From positions 1 to 64,000 of IMG/VR virus record IMGVR_UViG_3300046787_000316: a stretch of 64,000 nt of DNA. One strand, 5' to 3'. Positions 18,073 to 27,692 of the stretch are shown piece by piece; positions within the stretch are counted from its first letter, which is position 1; each line of letters begins with the position of its first letter. The notes under the pieces are model-generated. The model had not been told where the DNA came from and ran no database searches. It was given only the letters and a program-made list of their open reading frames with translations. The DNA comes from a virus. A program made the translations under genes and the position numbers.

Positions 18073-19319
18073 TTATCATAATTTATACCTTCTTCAATCT
18101 TAACTGGGAAACCACCTTCTTCCATCATATTCTTAACCACTCCTAATATCTCTTCCCTCTCATTAGGATGAACATCAAATACAAACGCATCATAGGTATA
18201 AAGTATCATTTTCGATTCTTTCAACTCAATCCAATCTAAAACCTTATCAATCTTCATATAGTTTACTTCCGTTTCCAGCGCCTGTAACATATAGTTGAAT
18301 ACCTTTTGTTCAGTCGCTCCTTCAATTTTTGAGAAATGGATTTCCCTCTTATATAGAGGTGTCGTTAAACGACCGGAAATTACGAACTTTTGGTAAACTC
18401 CTCTAATGTATTGTTCAACCTTTTGAAAGAACGGAATTTGGCGTGCATTATCATCCAACCCCCCATAAAGATATGTAAAGGTTATCTTCTTTGCCGTTTC
18501 GTAATCACATCCATATAAGTCGGCAAGGTGTTGGTGAGCCGTAACCCCTTTGGGAAAGTCGTAACCGATTAATTTTGCAATCAAACGAATGTGGTATGAC
18601 TCGTAATCGAATTGTATGAGAGTTCCCCCATCGAATCTACTAACCATCATCGAACGTGTTCCATCGGATTTGTTAAGAGCGGACCAATTCACATTGAGAT
18701 GTCGATTCGAAGGTCTACCGGTTGTGGTGTATGGATTGTATTTTGTGTACACCAATCCGTTGTAGATATAATGCGGGTTGAAGGCAAAACTATCAATAAA
18801 TTTTTCTTCTTCGACTTTCACCCCAGCCCCCTCCAGCCTCCCAAGTGTTCGGATAGAATCTGAATAAACTTTATACCAACTCTGTCTATTTTGGATATCA
18901 GGAATAGTCTGTAAGAGTTCGTACCACTTCATTAGAGGGATACAATCATTCATCTCGGTATAATCGTTTCTATACCCCTTATAAAGCGATTCAGCGAACT
19001 CATTGATTACGAATGGTTTACCATACTCTTCAAGATATACCCACTCATAATCCAGCGAATCTGATTGAATATAGCGATTCCCTAAAATTAACGTATTCTC
19101 ATTACAAAGTCTGTTAATTGGGAAAGATTGTACACCTCCGGCATCAATATGATGAAAGTTGATTATACCATCTTCCTTATCGGTTCTATAATATAGAAAT
19201 GATATATGCGTACCAAGCTCATGCGCCTTATGGGAACTCCATATTGGTACTAATAATCTAATGTTTGGATTAGATTTGACAAAAAAATGTAGGGTATCCC
19301 TATTTTCTATTAAGTTCAT
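18054..19319 (-). CDS. Short family A DNA polymerase (polymerase domain; degenerate N-terminus)
   Basis: YTTTGRPS, motif A QFDYESYHIRL, motif B AKKITFTYLYGG, FNY.LQ, motif C YTYDAFVFD. Confidence 0.88.
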   Translation of the reverse strand: MNLIENRDTLHFFVKSNPNIRLLVPIWSSHKAHELGTHISFLYYRTDKEDGIINFHHIDAGGVQSFPINRLCNENTLILGNRYIQSDSLDYEWVYLEEYGKPFVINEFAESLYKGYRNDYTEMNDCIPLMKWYELLQTIPDIQNRQSWYKVYSDSIRTLGRLEGAGVKVEEEKFIDSFAFNPHYIYNGLVYTKYNPYTTTGRPSNRHLNVNWSALNKSDGTRSMMVSRFDGGTLIQFDYESYHIRLIAKLIGYDFPKGVTAHQHLADLYGCDYETAKKITFTYLYGGLDDNARQIPFFQKVEQYIRGVYQKFVISGRLTTPLYKREIHFSKIEGATEQKVFNYMLQALETEVNYMKIDKVLDWIELKESKMILYTYDAFVFDVHPNEREEILGVVKNMMEEGGFPVKIEEGINYDNLVVID

Positions 19320-19325
19320 ACCCTA

Positions 19326-19356
19326 CAAATATACAAAATTTATTTGTTATTTCAAA
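19326..19356 (-). promoter_or_regulatory. Bacteroidota sigma70-type promoter for the polymerase
   Basis: TTTG-N19-TATATTTG. Confidence 0.7.
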
Positions 19357-19358
19357 AT

Positions 19359-20132
19359 TTATTCTCCCCAATGTTTATTTCGGAGTTCATACATATCGAT
19401 TGCTTCTCGTTTCATCTGATTTCCTTTGTGGAAATATGCACCTTCTTTAAGATATCCACCTAAGAAGTTTCTTCTCATTCGGTTTGGGTCTCTGTTTGGT
19501 TCTGAACCATGAACTACGTGTGAGTGTAAAAGTGCAACTTGTCCTTTTTTAAGGTATCCTTCGATTTTTCTGAAATCATGTCCTTCTGGCATTACACAAC
19601 TAATTCCTCTCTCACTTCTCCAATTATCAGTATTGGTTGCCTTTCTTTCCTCATTATCTTCTACCGGTAAAACTGGCAATCTATGAGAACCTTCGTAATT
19701 CCACACTGCTCCGTTTTCAGGGTCGTGATTATCCAATGCTAATGCTGTATTGATAATTTCGTTATGTCCACATCCTGTGTAAAATGCGTTTTGATGTTGG
19801 TCACGTCCTAATTCACCTTTTGGTTTATAATATCCCCAAGTTTGTAAACCAACTACGTTTCCTTCCATTAGGAATTCAGCTGCTTCTAAAATCTTTGGGT
19901 GTGCGAATAATTTTTCAATTAAGGCAGAATCTCTATGCGGATACATAATTGGCTCGTATTCTTGCCATTTACCCGGTTCGTTTGCATTACGTTCTAATCG
20001 TAATCTATCTAATTCTGCGTTGATTTCATCTACTTCCGTTTCGGTAAGTAAATCTAAGACTGTGAAACCTCTGTATCTCCAATCAAATGACATTTGTTGA
20101 AGTTCTTCGGTTGTAAGATGTTTGTATGCCAT
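19359..20132 (-). CDS. PhyH-like Fe(II)/2-oxoglutarate dioxygenase
   Basis: RGFTVL, KP...HQN (HxD position), ALD..D.ENG, GSHR, HSHVVHGSEPN, RR. Confidence 0.85.
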   Translation of the reverse strand: MAYKHLTTEELQQMSFDWRYRGFTVLDLLTETEVDEINAELDRLRLERNANEPGKWQEYEPIMYPHRDSALIEKLFAHPKILEAAEFLMEGNVVGLQTWGYYKPKGELGRDQHQNAFYTGCGHNEIINTALALDNHDPENGAVWNYEGSHRLPVLPVEDNEERKATNTDNWRSERGISCVMPEGHDFRKIEGYLKKGQVALLHSHVVHGSEPNRDPNRMRRNFLGGYLKEGAYFHKGNQMKREAIDMYELRNKHWGE

Positions 20133-20151
20133 AACTTAGTTTATTTATATA

Positions 20152-20183
20152 CAAATATATATATATTTTTTCACTAAACCAAA
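20152..20183 (-). promoter_or_regulatory. Bacteroidota sigma70-type promoter for the PhyH-like gene
   Basis: TTTG-N20-TATATTTG. Confidence 0.8.
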
Positions 20184-20200
20184 TAAAATTTTAAATGATT

Positions 20201-20575
20201 TTATCTATGGAATTGTAACAGATTTGGTAGGTATAGTGCAATGTTTGTTATAACACTACCAACATTTCTTAACGAAGATTGATTTGATGCCCTAACTCCC
20301 ATATCATCAACTTCTCCGTTTGGTTGATATGTGGCTAATACAGGTCCAGTTATTCTCCACTTTAAATCAGATACTTTCCAAAATGGATTTGATTCTAATT
20401 CATCATATACTTCCGATGAAATCTCAAACACAAATCCATTCTTATCACTAACCTTTTGGCAGAAATATCTACGAATAAATCCATAACGATAATCGGTTTC
20501 CGTTGGAATTGGAACAATCGTTTTTGGTAATTCTATTTTAAATTTACTAAGGTTTGTTGCTATATCTTTATACAT
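20201..20575 (-). CDS. Hypothetical protein (end of baseplate operon)
   Basis: 124-aa ORF in operon context. Confidence 0.7.
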   Translation of the reverse strand: MYKDIATNLSKFKIELPKTIVPIPTETDYRYGFIRRYFCQKVSDKNGFVFEISSEVYDELESNPFWKVSDLKWRITGPVLATYQPNGEVDDMGVRASNQSSLRNVGSVITNIALYLPNLLQFHR

Positions 20576-20579
20576 ACTA

Positions 20580-22823
20580 TTAACTTGGTTTTATTCTGAA
20601 TCCAGCATCTAATGTAGTTGTCCATCCCTCTGGTGTAATACTATGTTTTGTATTTGTTATCTGAAATACTCCGATGTGGTTATACATTTCAGGCACACCA
20701 TCTATATGAAAATACTCACCACAACTAAATCCACTCAACCCATCAATTGTAATTGTTATTTCAATAGGTGTTAATATACTCTTACTATTTTCTTCTTTAC
20801 TTTTAACTTGTGTTCTGATAAATTCTAAGTCATTATAAATCAATAGCGCTAAATTATCTTTACCAACTTTGAATTTTATAGATTTGGAATCAATAATTTC
20901 CGTTATGTTCTTAGCTTCTGCTGGTTTCTCATCATCGACCGGTACAGTTGTTCCCTTTTCAACCATATCCTTATATGTTTTTTTAAGAGCTTCCAAGTCG
21001 ATTAAGTTTACGGAGTAATATCCATCTCTATTTGCAAACATAGAACTATCATATTGCGTATAGGCATTTGCAGGTAATCCAATTTTCTTCCTATCTTCGG
21101 GTTTAGTTTTCTTATATGCTTCGATTAAAGTTCTTTGTGCATTAAACACAGTTCTACCGGCTACTAAATTACTCATTTCAAAGTTAAAACTAAAATCTTT
21201 AACAATTGAATTTATAGTAGTTGGTTTGAATCTGTAAACATCTTTTGGTCTATCCTCATTTGTTGATTTTATATCAATAATAGTAGCTTTGCCACCTGAT
21301 ACTTGTGGATGATATCCTAATCTGAATAATCCGTATGAATTTGCGTTAACAATATCCAATATACCTTCTAAGAAATCTCCCTTTGTATATGATTTCTTCC
21401 AAGCTTCAACGACTGTTTTGTATTTTACAAATATATTTAATGCGTTACCATTTCTAATACCATCATCCGATACCGTATTCTTTTCGTTAATTACGATATC
21501 CTTTTTAGCACGTTCCATTGCCACTACATTTGAATCTTCAACTGAATATCCATTTATAGAACCATCGACTCTATTTTTATCATCAATTACAACATTGTTA
21601 CCATTCTTATCTCCTGTAAACTTTGGTAGGGTTTTATTTGGAAAAATAACTTCATCGGAAGATGATATTAAATTTTTATGAATTCGTATTGGGATGAATT
21701 GTTTAACCGAACCACCAACTTTGTATTCAGGTAATTCAAACTTAAATGTTCCATCATCCGTTCCATCTAATATTGAATAATTCATCAATGTTGTAAATAT
21801 AAATCTTAATGAAATATATGGATTTGGATTTGCGCCTTCATCCTTCTTTTCATCATTTATTTTACCCCAATTGAAAAATTCATTATTTGCTCCAGCAGCT
21901 GCGTTTTTTAATTTAGTATAATCCAAATTCAAATCGCTCGCCATTTGGGTAAGGTACTGCTGCATCTCATCTCCCTTTGCTTTGCTTTGAGCAGGAGCTA
22001 CTGATTTCTTTTCATCTATATTAATAGGAATCGCCAGAGTCATTTGATTTCCTTGTGATATTTCCAACATAACACTATATGTCCCATTGGCATCAATTGA
22101 AAAACTATAATCGGTAACCTTACCAGCTACCAAATCGTATGTTCCCCTAGCACATTCTATTCTTGTTAGATAATTTTTTAAATTTTTGGTATCTACTTTG
22201 TAATAGTCTGAAAACGTATTAATAAATGATTGATAATTGTTTTTTGGAATAATCGATTCAATTACGGATTTATATGGTTTTGGAGAATCTGCATCCTTTG
22301 AGTCAGGATATGATTTACGCTCCAATATATTACTACCATATTCAAATAGTACATTCATACCCGGTTTCATAAAAAACATTTCAAACATTTCCATTTGTTT
22401 CAATGAAAAACATCTAATGTTTATTCTAGCCGTTTTTAATGTATTATTTGCACCATCGGTATCAATATCAACCGATTCAATTAATGGTGTAGATATTCTC
22501 CTATTAGTTTCTCCTGGAACTTTTATTAGTTTGCCTTCGAAATCAATTCCAACAATCGTTTCATTCAATGAATAATTTAATTGGGAATCTATATTATTTT
22601 TAATTATACATCCGGAATATCCACCCGAGCTACCACCTTCTACTAAACTTTTAAATTTATCAGCAACGGCATCGGCATTATCAGGCATAGTATCTTTGAT
22701 AACTTTTGCACCGGATGTTAAAATCATCCAAGGTTGCATTAGCATAGTATCGATTCTATTTGATTCCCTATCTCTTAAAACATCGACAGTCCAATCCTTT
22801 AATGGAGCTAAATATGGAAACAT
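20580..22823 (-). CDS. Putative baseplate hub protein
   Basis: Position after the LysM wedge gene. C-terminal ITIDGLSGFSCGEYF...VFQITNTKHSIT..GWTTTL beta pattern typical of hub proteins. Confidence 0.55.
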   Translation of the reverse strand: MFPYLAPLKDWTVDVLRDRESNRIDTMLMQPWMILTSGAKVIKDTMPDNADAVADKFKSLVEGGSSGGYSGCIIKNNIDSQLNYSLNETIVGIDFEGKLIKVPGETNRRISTPLIESVDIDTDGANNTLKTARINIRCFSLKQMEMFEMFFMKPGMNVLFEYGSNILERKSYPDSKDADSPKPYKSVIESIIPKNNYQSFINTFSDYYKVDTKNLKNYLTRIECARGTYDLVAGKVTDYSFSIDANGTYSVMLEISQGNQMTLAIPINIDEKKSVAPAQSKAKGDEMQQYLTQMASDLNLDYTKLKNAAAGANNEFFNWGKINDEKKDEGANPNPYISLRFIFTTLMNYSILDGTDDGTFKFELPEYKVGGSVKQFIPIRIHKNLISSSDEVIFPNKTLPKFTGDKNGNNVVIDDKNRVDGSINGYSVEDSNVVAMERAKKDIVINEKNTVSDDGIRNGNALNIFVKYKTVVEAWKKSYTKGDFLEGILDIVNANSYGLFRLGYHPQVSGGKATIIDIKSTNEDRPKDVYRFKPTTINSIVKDFSFNFEMSNLVAGRTVFNAQRTLIEAYKKTKPEDRKKIGLPANAYTQYDSSMFANRDGYYSVNLIDLEALKKTYKDMVEKGTTVPVDDEKPAEAKNITEIIDSKSIKFKVGKDNLALLIYNDLEFIRTQVKSKEENSKSILTPIEITITIDGLSGFSCGEYFHIDGVPEMYNHIGVFQITNTKHSITPEGWTTTLDAGFRIKPS

Positions 22824-22826
22824 AAC

Positions 22827-23129
22827 TTACTTATTTATTTTTTCTAAATCATTCATTATAATAGTGGTATTCGATGGAATTCTCATTTGAAGTCCAGGTT
22901 CTACATAAAATGTAGCATCGTTTATATTATTAGCAGTTGCTATAATCCACCACTTAGTTTTATCGTTATAGTATTTATGTGCCAATAAATCCAATCTATC
23001 ACCTGCTTCTGAAATGATGTATAAATCATTATCATTTGGCTTTATTCTCGGATATATAGTTGATTCCAAATATTGTTTATTGGTTTCTTTCGTTTTAATA
23101 ACTTTACTATATGCGTATCTATCTGCCAT
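22827..23129 (-). CDS. LysM-type baseplate wedge protein (gp53/tail X-like)
   Basis: GDRLDLLAHKYYNDKTKWWIIATANNI...PGLQMRIP. Confidence 0.85.
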   Translation of the reverse strand: MADRYAYSKVIKTKETNKQYLESTIYPRIKPNDNDLYIISEAGDRLDLLAHKYYNDKTKWWIIATANNINDATFYVEPGLQMRIPSNTTIIMNDLEKINK

Positions 23130-24421
23130 TATTTGCTTGATTTAGGTGTTTGAATATATTTTTTACCATCCGCATTATATCCATCAAAATTGTATCGATA
23201 TGTCTTTGTTTCTCCTTTATTGATTGTATGATTTTCTATTATTCTCATAGAAATACTCACATTCACTACCGATGGATACAACGCAGTATCACCATTCTTT
23301 TCCATATATGGATTATTATTTGCCCATACAGTAGTATCATCTATACTGAATCCAATCGAGTCAACTATACCTAATATATTGTTATATAATCCTTCTATAT
23401 TAAGATGAACCAAATTTGGCGAAAACATAGTAGGTGTATTATCCGTAATTTCTTTAGATTCAGCGTATTGAACCATAGAAACTTCATCAAATGGAAATGC
23501 CAATGATTTTAAGAAATTTATTTTCTTAATCATTACATCCTTTTCTTTTGCCGTAAGATAGTATAATTTTAAATCAAATTTAAGACTACGTTCTACTCCA
23601 CCATATCTATATACTTTGAATGGAGAACCTACATATTTAAAATCAGACCATTCAGGTGTAATATCTTCCGATATACCACTAATTGCTCCAACGAATGGAA
23701 CAACTTTCGTAGTTCCGTATTTACCAAATGAAATCCATACTTGATTCGCATTACTATATTCTTTGGCTTTCTTTTTTAAATCTTCAATACTATCAAATGA
23801 TTCAATAGTCTGAATACTATCTTTAGCATCATCCCACCCATATAATGTATCACCTTCTCGTTTTGCTAATTTACCATTTTTATCAGTATAAAACTTTGAG
23901 AATTTCTTATCTTCTATTAAAACGGCTTTAGTTCCAGTCTTATCAGATGGACCATACTTTGGACCATATTGCTCATCGTTTGTTTTAGCTTTTAAATTAG
24001 ATGCTAATTTCTTTAAACCACCTTTAGTTACCGCTACTTTCGTTAATGCTAATCCAACATTTGCAGCCACCCCCAATGGAGATGAACCACCTTGTTTTAT
24101 TTTACCAATTAGGGAAGCAGGTGCCGGAGATTTTTTTACAAAATAATTAGTATCTGCTTCTGGACTTTGTAGTAATAATGAAATGGGCTTAGATAATACC
24201 GTATTGTTTTTAAAAATAGTATCACCAGGTCTATTGGCTGAACCCTTTAATACTCCACTAACTTGATTACCAATTAAATCGGCAATTGCGTTTGGAGATG
24301 AAGCTAACAATGCGGCTCCTCTTGGTGGATTGATTAAACCCAGAGAATTAATACGAATCTTTTCAGATTTTCCGTAAAGTTCAGTTTGTTTACTTTTGAA
24401 AAGGTCTTTAAGTGTTGCCAT
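23129..24421 (-). CDS. Putative tail tube initiator / baseplate protein
   Basis: ISEDITPEWSDFKYVGSPFKVYRYGGVERSLKFDL...PNLVHLNI tube-initiator-like pattern between tape measure and LysM genes. Confidence 0.6.
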   Translation of the reverse strand: MATLKDLFKSKQTELYGKSEKIRINSLGLINPPRGAALLASSPNAIADLIGNQVSGVLKGSANRPGDTIFKNNTVLSKPISLLLQSPEADTNYFVKKSPAPASLIGKIKQGGSSPLGVAANVGLALTKVAVTKGGLKKLASNLKAKTNDEQYGPKYGPSDKTGTKAVLIEDKKFSKFYTDKNGKLAKREGDTLYGWDDAKDSIQTIESFDSIEDLKKKAKEYSNANQVWISFGKYGTTKVVPFVGAISGISEDITPEWSDFKYVGSPFKVYRYGGVERSLKFDLKLYYLTAKEKDVMIKKINFLKSLAFPFDEVSMVQYAESKEITDNTPTMFSPNLVHLNIEGLYNNILGIVDSIGFSIDDTTVWANNNPYMEKNGDTALYPSVVNVSISMRIIENHTINKGETKTYRYNFDGYNADGKKYIQTPKSSK

Positions 24422-24439
24422 TTATAGTTTACTATTTAC

Positions 24440-24448
24440 TATAAATAT
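24440..24448 (-). promoter_or_regulatory. Late promoter motif ATATTTATA
   Basis: Exact motif about 19 nt upstream of ATG 24421. Confidence 0.7.
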
Positions 24449-24467
24449 CTCTTATGAAAATTTATGG

Positions 24468-27173
24468 TTATCTACCACCAGTTACTGCCCCAATCACACC
24501 TGTATTATTGGTTGGATTAGATGCTTGTTGATTTTCTGTATATTTGTTGGATGCTTTTGCTATAATCTTGCCATCAACTTTAACCACAGTCGAACCTTCA
24601 TAGGTTGCTCTTGTCAATGCTTCTATTTTAGTAGTTAAATTCATAATAGCGGTTGTATTAGTATTTAACACTTTTAATTGATTAGTAGTATTAGCCGTAT
24701 TTACCATAGTAGCTTGAGTTCTAGCAACAATACGTTCTAAGTTACCATTCATCTGAACTAACTTATTTTGCATCCACTTTTCAGATGTAGCTGCGGCTGC
24801 CGTAATTGATGTTGAACCAGGTTTAGCAGAAGTAGTTCCTGCACTTGCATTTTGTGTAGTAGCTTTTGGTTTTGCTTTAGCTGCCGATTTTTTACCAACT
24901 CCGGTTACCATATCGGCTAACGAGCCACCACCCCATGCACCTAATGCACCACCGATGATTCCACCAATAGCAGTTCCTACGATTGGAACAACACTACCAA
25001 GTGCCGCACCTGCGGCTGCTCCTGCTAATGCTCCTCCCACTCCACCGGCTGTTCCAGCTACGGCTTGAGTATTAGTTTGCCCTTCATCTTTTCTATTTTT
25101 AAAATCAAATCCAGCTCCTAACACAGTTCCAACCACACCAAGTCCTTTTGCAAATTTAGCAAACTTAGCGCCTTTAGAAGCTACATTAGCCACATCATCC
25201 ACCATACCACCTGCTTTATTGGCACTGTATCTCATATCGGGAACACCCGCCTTTGTTAGAGGGCCGGTTGGTGCTGATATTTTTGGAGCTCCTTTTGAAA
25301 ATGGATTTCCAAAACTTGGCATTTTACCTTTAAACAATTGACCGGCTGCCATAAGTCCAATTGCACCAATTAAACTGAATATAGCAGTAGTTAATCCCAA
25401 TGTAGCATCTTTTAATGCTTCTTGTTGTGATAACGATACTTTCATATCCTTTATTCCACCGGTATTATCTTTTATAGCTTGTTGTAGCTGCATTTGCTCA
25501 GCGGTATCCAATTTAGACATCTGAATTGCCGTGTCGGATGATATACTTGCATTGGTAGCTTCCAATGAAGCTTGAGCCGCAACTGTTTTACTTAAAAATC
25601 CTTGATTACCTGCTCCAGCATTTCCAGCTTTTAACCCGCCAACTTCCTTTCCTTGCTTAGTAGAAAGTTTAGATAAGGTAGTTAAATCCATACCAGTAGC
25701 TTGTTGTAACATTTGTTGTTGGAACATATCCATTTTAGCAGGGTCTAATCCTTGCGCTTGTAATGCTTTAGTAGCTCCAACGGTATCACCTGCTGCAAAT
25801 TTAGAACGAACTTCTGAAAGGTCTACGTTCTTTCCTAACATAGCAGATAACTGCATTTCCGATTTGATACTATCTTTATAGTTCAATACCATACTTTGAC
25901 CTGCTTTTGCTATATCTTGGAAACTCACACCCATTGAACGAGCGAAAGTTACTTGCTTTGCTAATGCTGAACCTGATTTAATTTGGTAACCCAACATATC
26001 CTTAGATGCTTCTGCCATTTCTGCCATCAACCCACCTAAATTAATATTAGCTTGTTTAGCCATAGAACGCAATCCCTCTTGCATATTCAATGCAGTCGAA
26101 GCACTAACTCCATCCATTCGCATAAATGCCTCATTGATGTTAGCTATACTCTCTTCGGATTGACCCGTTCTCGTAGCCATAATAGCCATATCAGCCCCCA
26201 TCTTACCAGTTGGCATTTGACCCGTTGCATCAGCTGCGGCTGTCATACCGGCTGCTATTTTATCTGCACCGATACCTGCCATTTGAAGTTGTGCAGCTCC
26301 ATATCCAACTCCACCAATACCATTACCAAATAATGCGGTTTTTGCGGCGGCTTGAAACGATGCAGCGGCAGAACGCATCGATGATGCGAATTGTGCCATA
26401 GCTTTTTCTTGCACAAAGTTTCTACCACCAAATTTACCAGCTGCTATTTGTTTTTCCAATACATCAATTGCACCAGATGTTTCGGCTATTCCTTTATCAA
26501 AGTCGGCAGTAGTTCCTACCTTATCCCCCAATAATCCATAATTGTAAGCAAGTGCCCCCAATGCTCCACCCAATGCTCCTAATGCAAGAGTTAACCCCTT
26601 TCCTCCCTCAGCGGCTGATTTTATCACATCCCCCAATTCTCGGACACCAGCAACACCAGAGCCACCAATATGGTCTAATGCCATATTCATACCATCCAAA
26701 GCCTTTTGACTTCGTTTTGCGGCTTGATTGAATGATTCCATCTCATTCCCCATACTTTGTAATATAGGAAGGATTGCTTTGGCAGATTTGCCGGAGTTTG
26801 AAATAGATTTAACTAAATCTTTATAAGCCTCTTGCCCCTCTATAACTAATTTGTTATATTCGGCTTGAGTCATATTGCCTTTCTTTTGCTCAATTTTAGC
26901 ATTAGAAATGGCTACTTGTTGTTGTTTGTATTGTTTTACGGAATCCGTAATTGCATCCTTTTGCGCTTCAGTTAAATCATTATTACTTTGAAGCATATCT
27001 CCAATAGATGAAATCACACCTTTGGTGGTTTCCATCTTTTTTTGGATTTCTTTTAAAAATGCGTCTTGTTTACCAAAATTATTAGTGACACTTGCAATCG
27101 AGCGTTCGTATGCATCGAAATCTGTATATGCGCTATCTATTTTAGGTGGGTCAGATGGTTTACGTTTAGCCAT
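24468..27173 (-). CDS. Tape measure protein
   Basis: 901 aa, Ala/Gly/Met/Gln-rich helical protein with glycine-zipper GAAAGAALG segments, downstream of tube and chaperone genes. Confidence 0.85.
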   Translation of the reverse strand: MAKRKPSDPPKIDSAYTDFDAYERSIASVTNNFGKQDAFLKEIQKKMETTKGVISSIGDMLQSNNDLTEAQKDAITDSVKQYKQQQVAISNAKIEQKKGNMTQAEYNKLVIEGQEAYKDLVKSISNSGKSAKAILPILQSMGNEMESFNQAAKRSQKALDGMNMALDHIGGSGVAGVRELGDVIKSAAEGGKGLTLALGALGGALGALAYNYGLLGDKVGTTADFDKGIAETSGAIDVLEKQIAAGKFGGRNFVQEKAMAQFASSMRSAAASFQAAAKTALFGNGIGGVGYGAAQLQMAGIGADKIAAGMTAAADATGQMPTGKMGADMAIMATRTGQSEESIANINEAFMRMDGVSASTALNMQEGLRSMAKQANINLGGLMAEMAEASKDMLGYQIKSGSALAKQVTFARSMGVSFQDIAKAGQSMVLNYKDSIKSEMQLSAMLGKNVDLSEVRSKFAAGDTVGATKALQAQGLDPAKMDMFQQQMLQQATGMDLTTLSKLSTKQGKEVGGLKAGNAGAGNQGFLSKTVAAQASLEATNASISSDTAIQMSKLDTAEQMQLQQAIKDNTGGIKDMKVSLSQQEALKDATLGLTTAIFSLIGAIGLMAAGQLFKGKMPSFGNPFSKGAPKISAPTGPLTKAGVPDMRYSANKAGGMVDDVANVASKGAKFAKFAKGLGVVGTVLGAGFDFKNRKDEGQTNTQAVAGTAGGVGGALAGAAAGAALGSVVPIVGTAIGGIIGGALGAWGGGSLADMVTGVGKKSAAKAKPKATTQNASAGTTSAKPGSTSITAAAATSEKWMQNKLVQMNGNLERIVARTQATMVNTANTTNQLKVLNTNTTAIMNLTTKIEALTRATYEGSTVVKVDGKIIAKASNKYTENQQASNPTNNTGVIGAVTGGR

Positions 27174-27189
27174 AATATGCTATATCTTA

Positions 27190-27438
27190 TTAATAGTATT
27201 TTGCTAATAAGTCATCTATTTTTTTAGTATCCATTTTATGAACTTGCAATGCTCTCTTAGTAGCAAGTAAAGTTTTTTCCATATCAGAATCCCACTTATC
27301 CCACACTTTACCTAATTCAGCATCTTTACTTCTCAAAGTATCTTTGAATTCATCCTCTTTACCAACTTCTTTGGCTTTAAAAAATGCTCCAAACAATTTT
27401 GAAAGAAGATTTACTTCTACTATCATTCTTTTAGACAT
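27190..27438 (-). CDS. Hypothetical protein
   Basis: 82-aa ORF with its own late motif at 27460-27468. Confidence 0.7.
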   Translation of the reverse strand: MSKRMIVEVNLLSKLFGAFFKAKEVGKEDEFKDTLRSKDAELGKVWDKWDSDMEKTLLATKRALQVHKMDTKKIDDLLAKYY

Positions 27439-27459
27439 ACTCTTATATTATAATACTAT

Positions 27460-27468
27460 TATAAATAT
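27460..27468 (-). promoter_or_regulatory. Late promoter motif ATATTTATA
   Basis: Exact motif about 22 nt upstream of ATG 27438. Confidence 0.7.
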
Positions 27469-27692
27469 CATCTTCTTCTCGTTTTCGAAGAATTATTTGC
27501 AATTGATTTGGATTTTTCGATGGTTTCGTTTTCTTCTGTCTTTGTTTTAAGTAATTCTCTCCAATAAAACTCTCTCAATCTAATTGGCATATAATATAAA
27601 TCACTCCAATTAAATCCACCATTCGAAAAATAAATCATCTGAAATATTTGCTGATGTAATACTACTGCGTAATTATTCGGTAGGGTAAAAAA
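27468..27692 (-). CDS. Tail chaperone C-terminal extension (GT / gp51-like), probably reached by +1/-2 recoding
   Basis: The +1 frame relative to the upstream gene reads FFTLPNNY...FQMIYF..GGFNWSDLYYMPIRLREFYW. It overlaps the upstream gene at a T7 run and lacks a good start codon. Confidence 0.7.
   Translation of the reverse strand, partial: FFTLPNNYAVVLHQQIFQMIYFSNGGFNWSDLYYMPIRLREFYWRELLKTKTEENETIEKSKSIANNSSKTRRR

Noticed and set aside
21428-21435. TATATTTG -7 box inside the baseplate hub gene
   Set aside because: No TTTG at the 19-21 nt spacing; likely a chance match.
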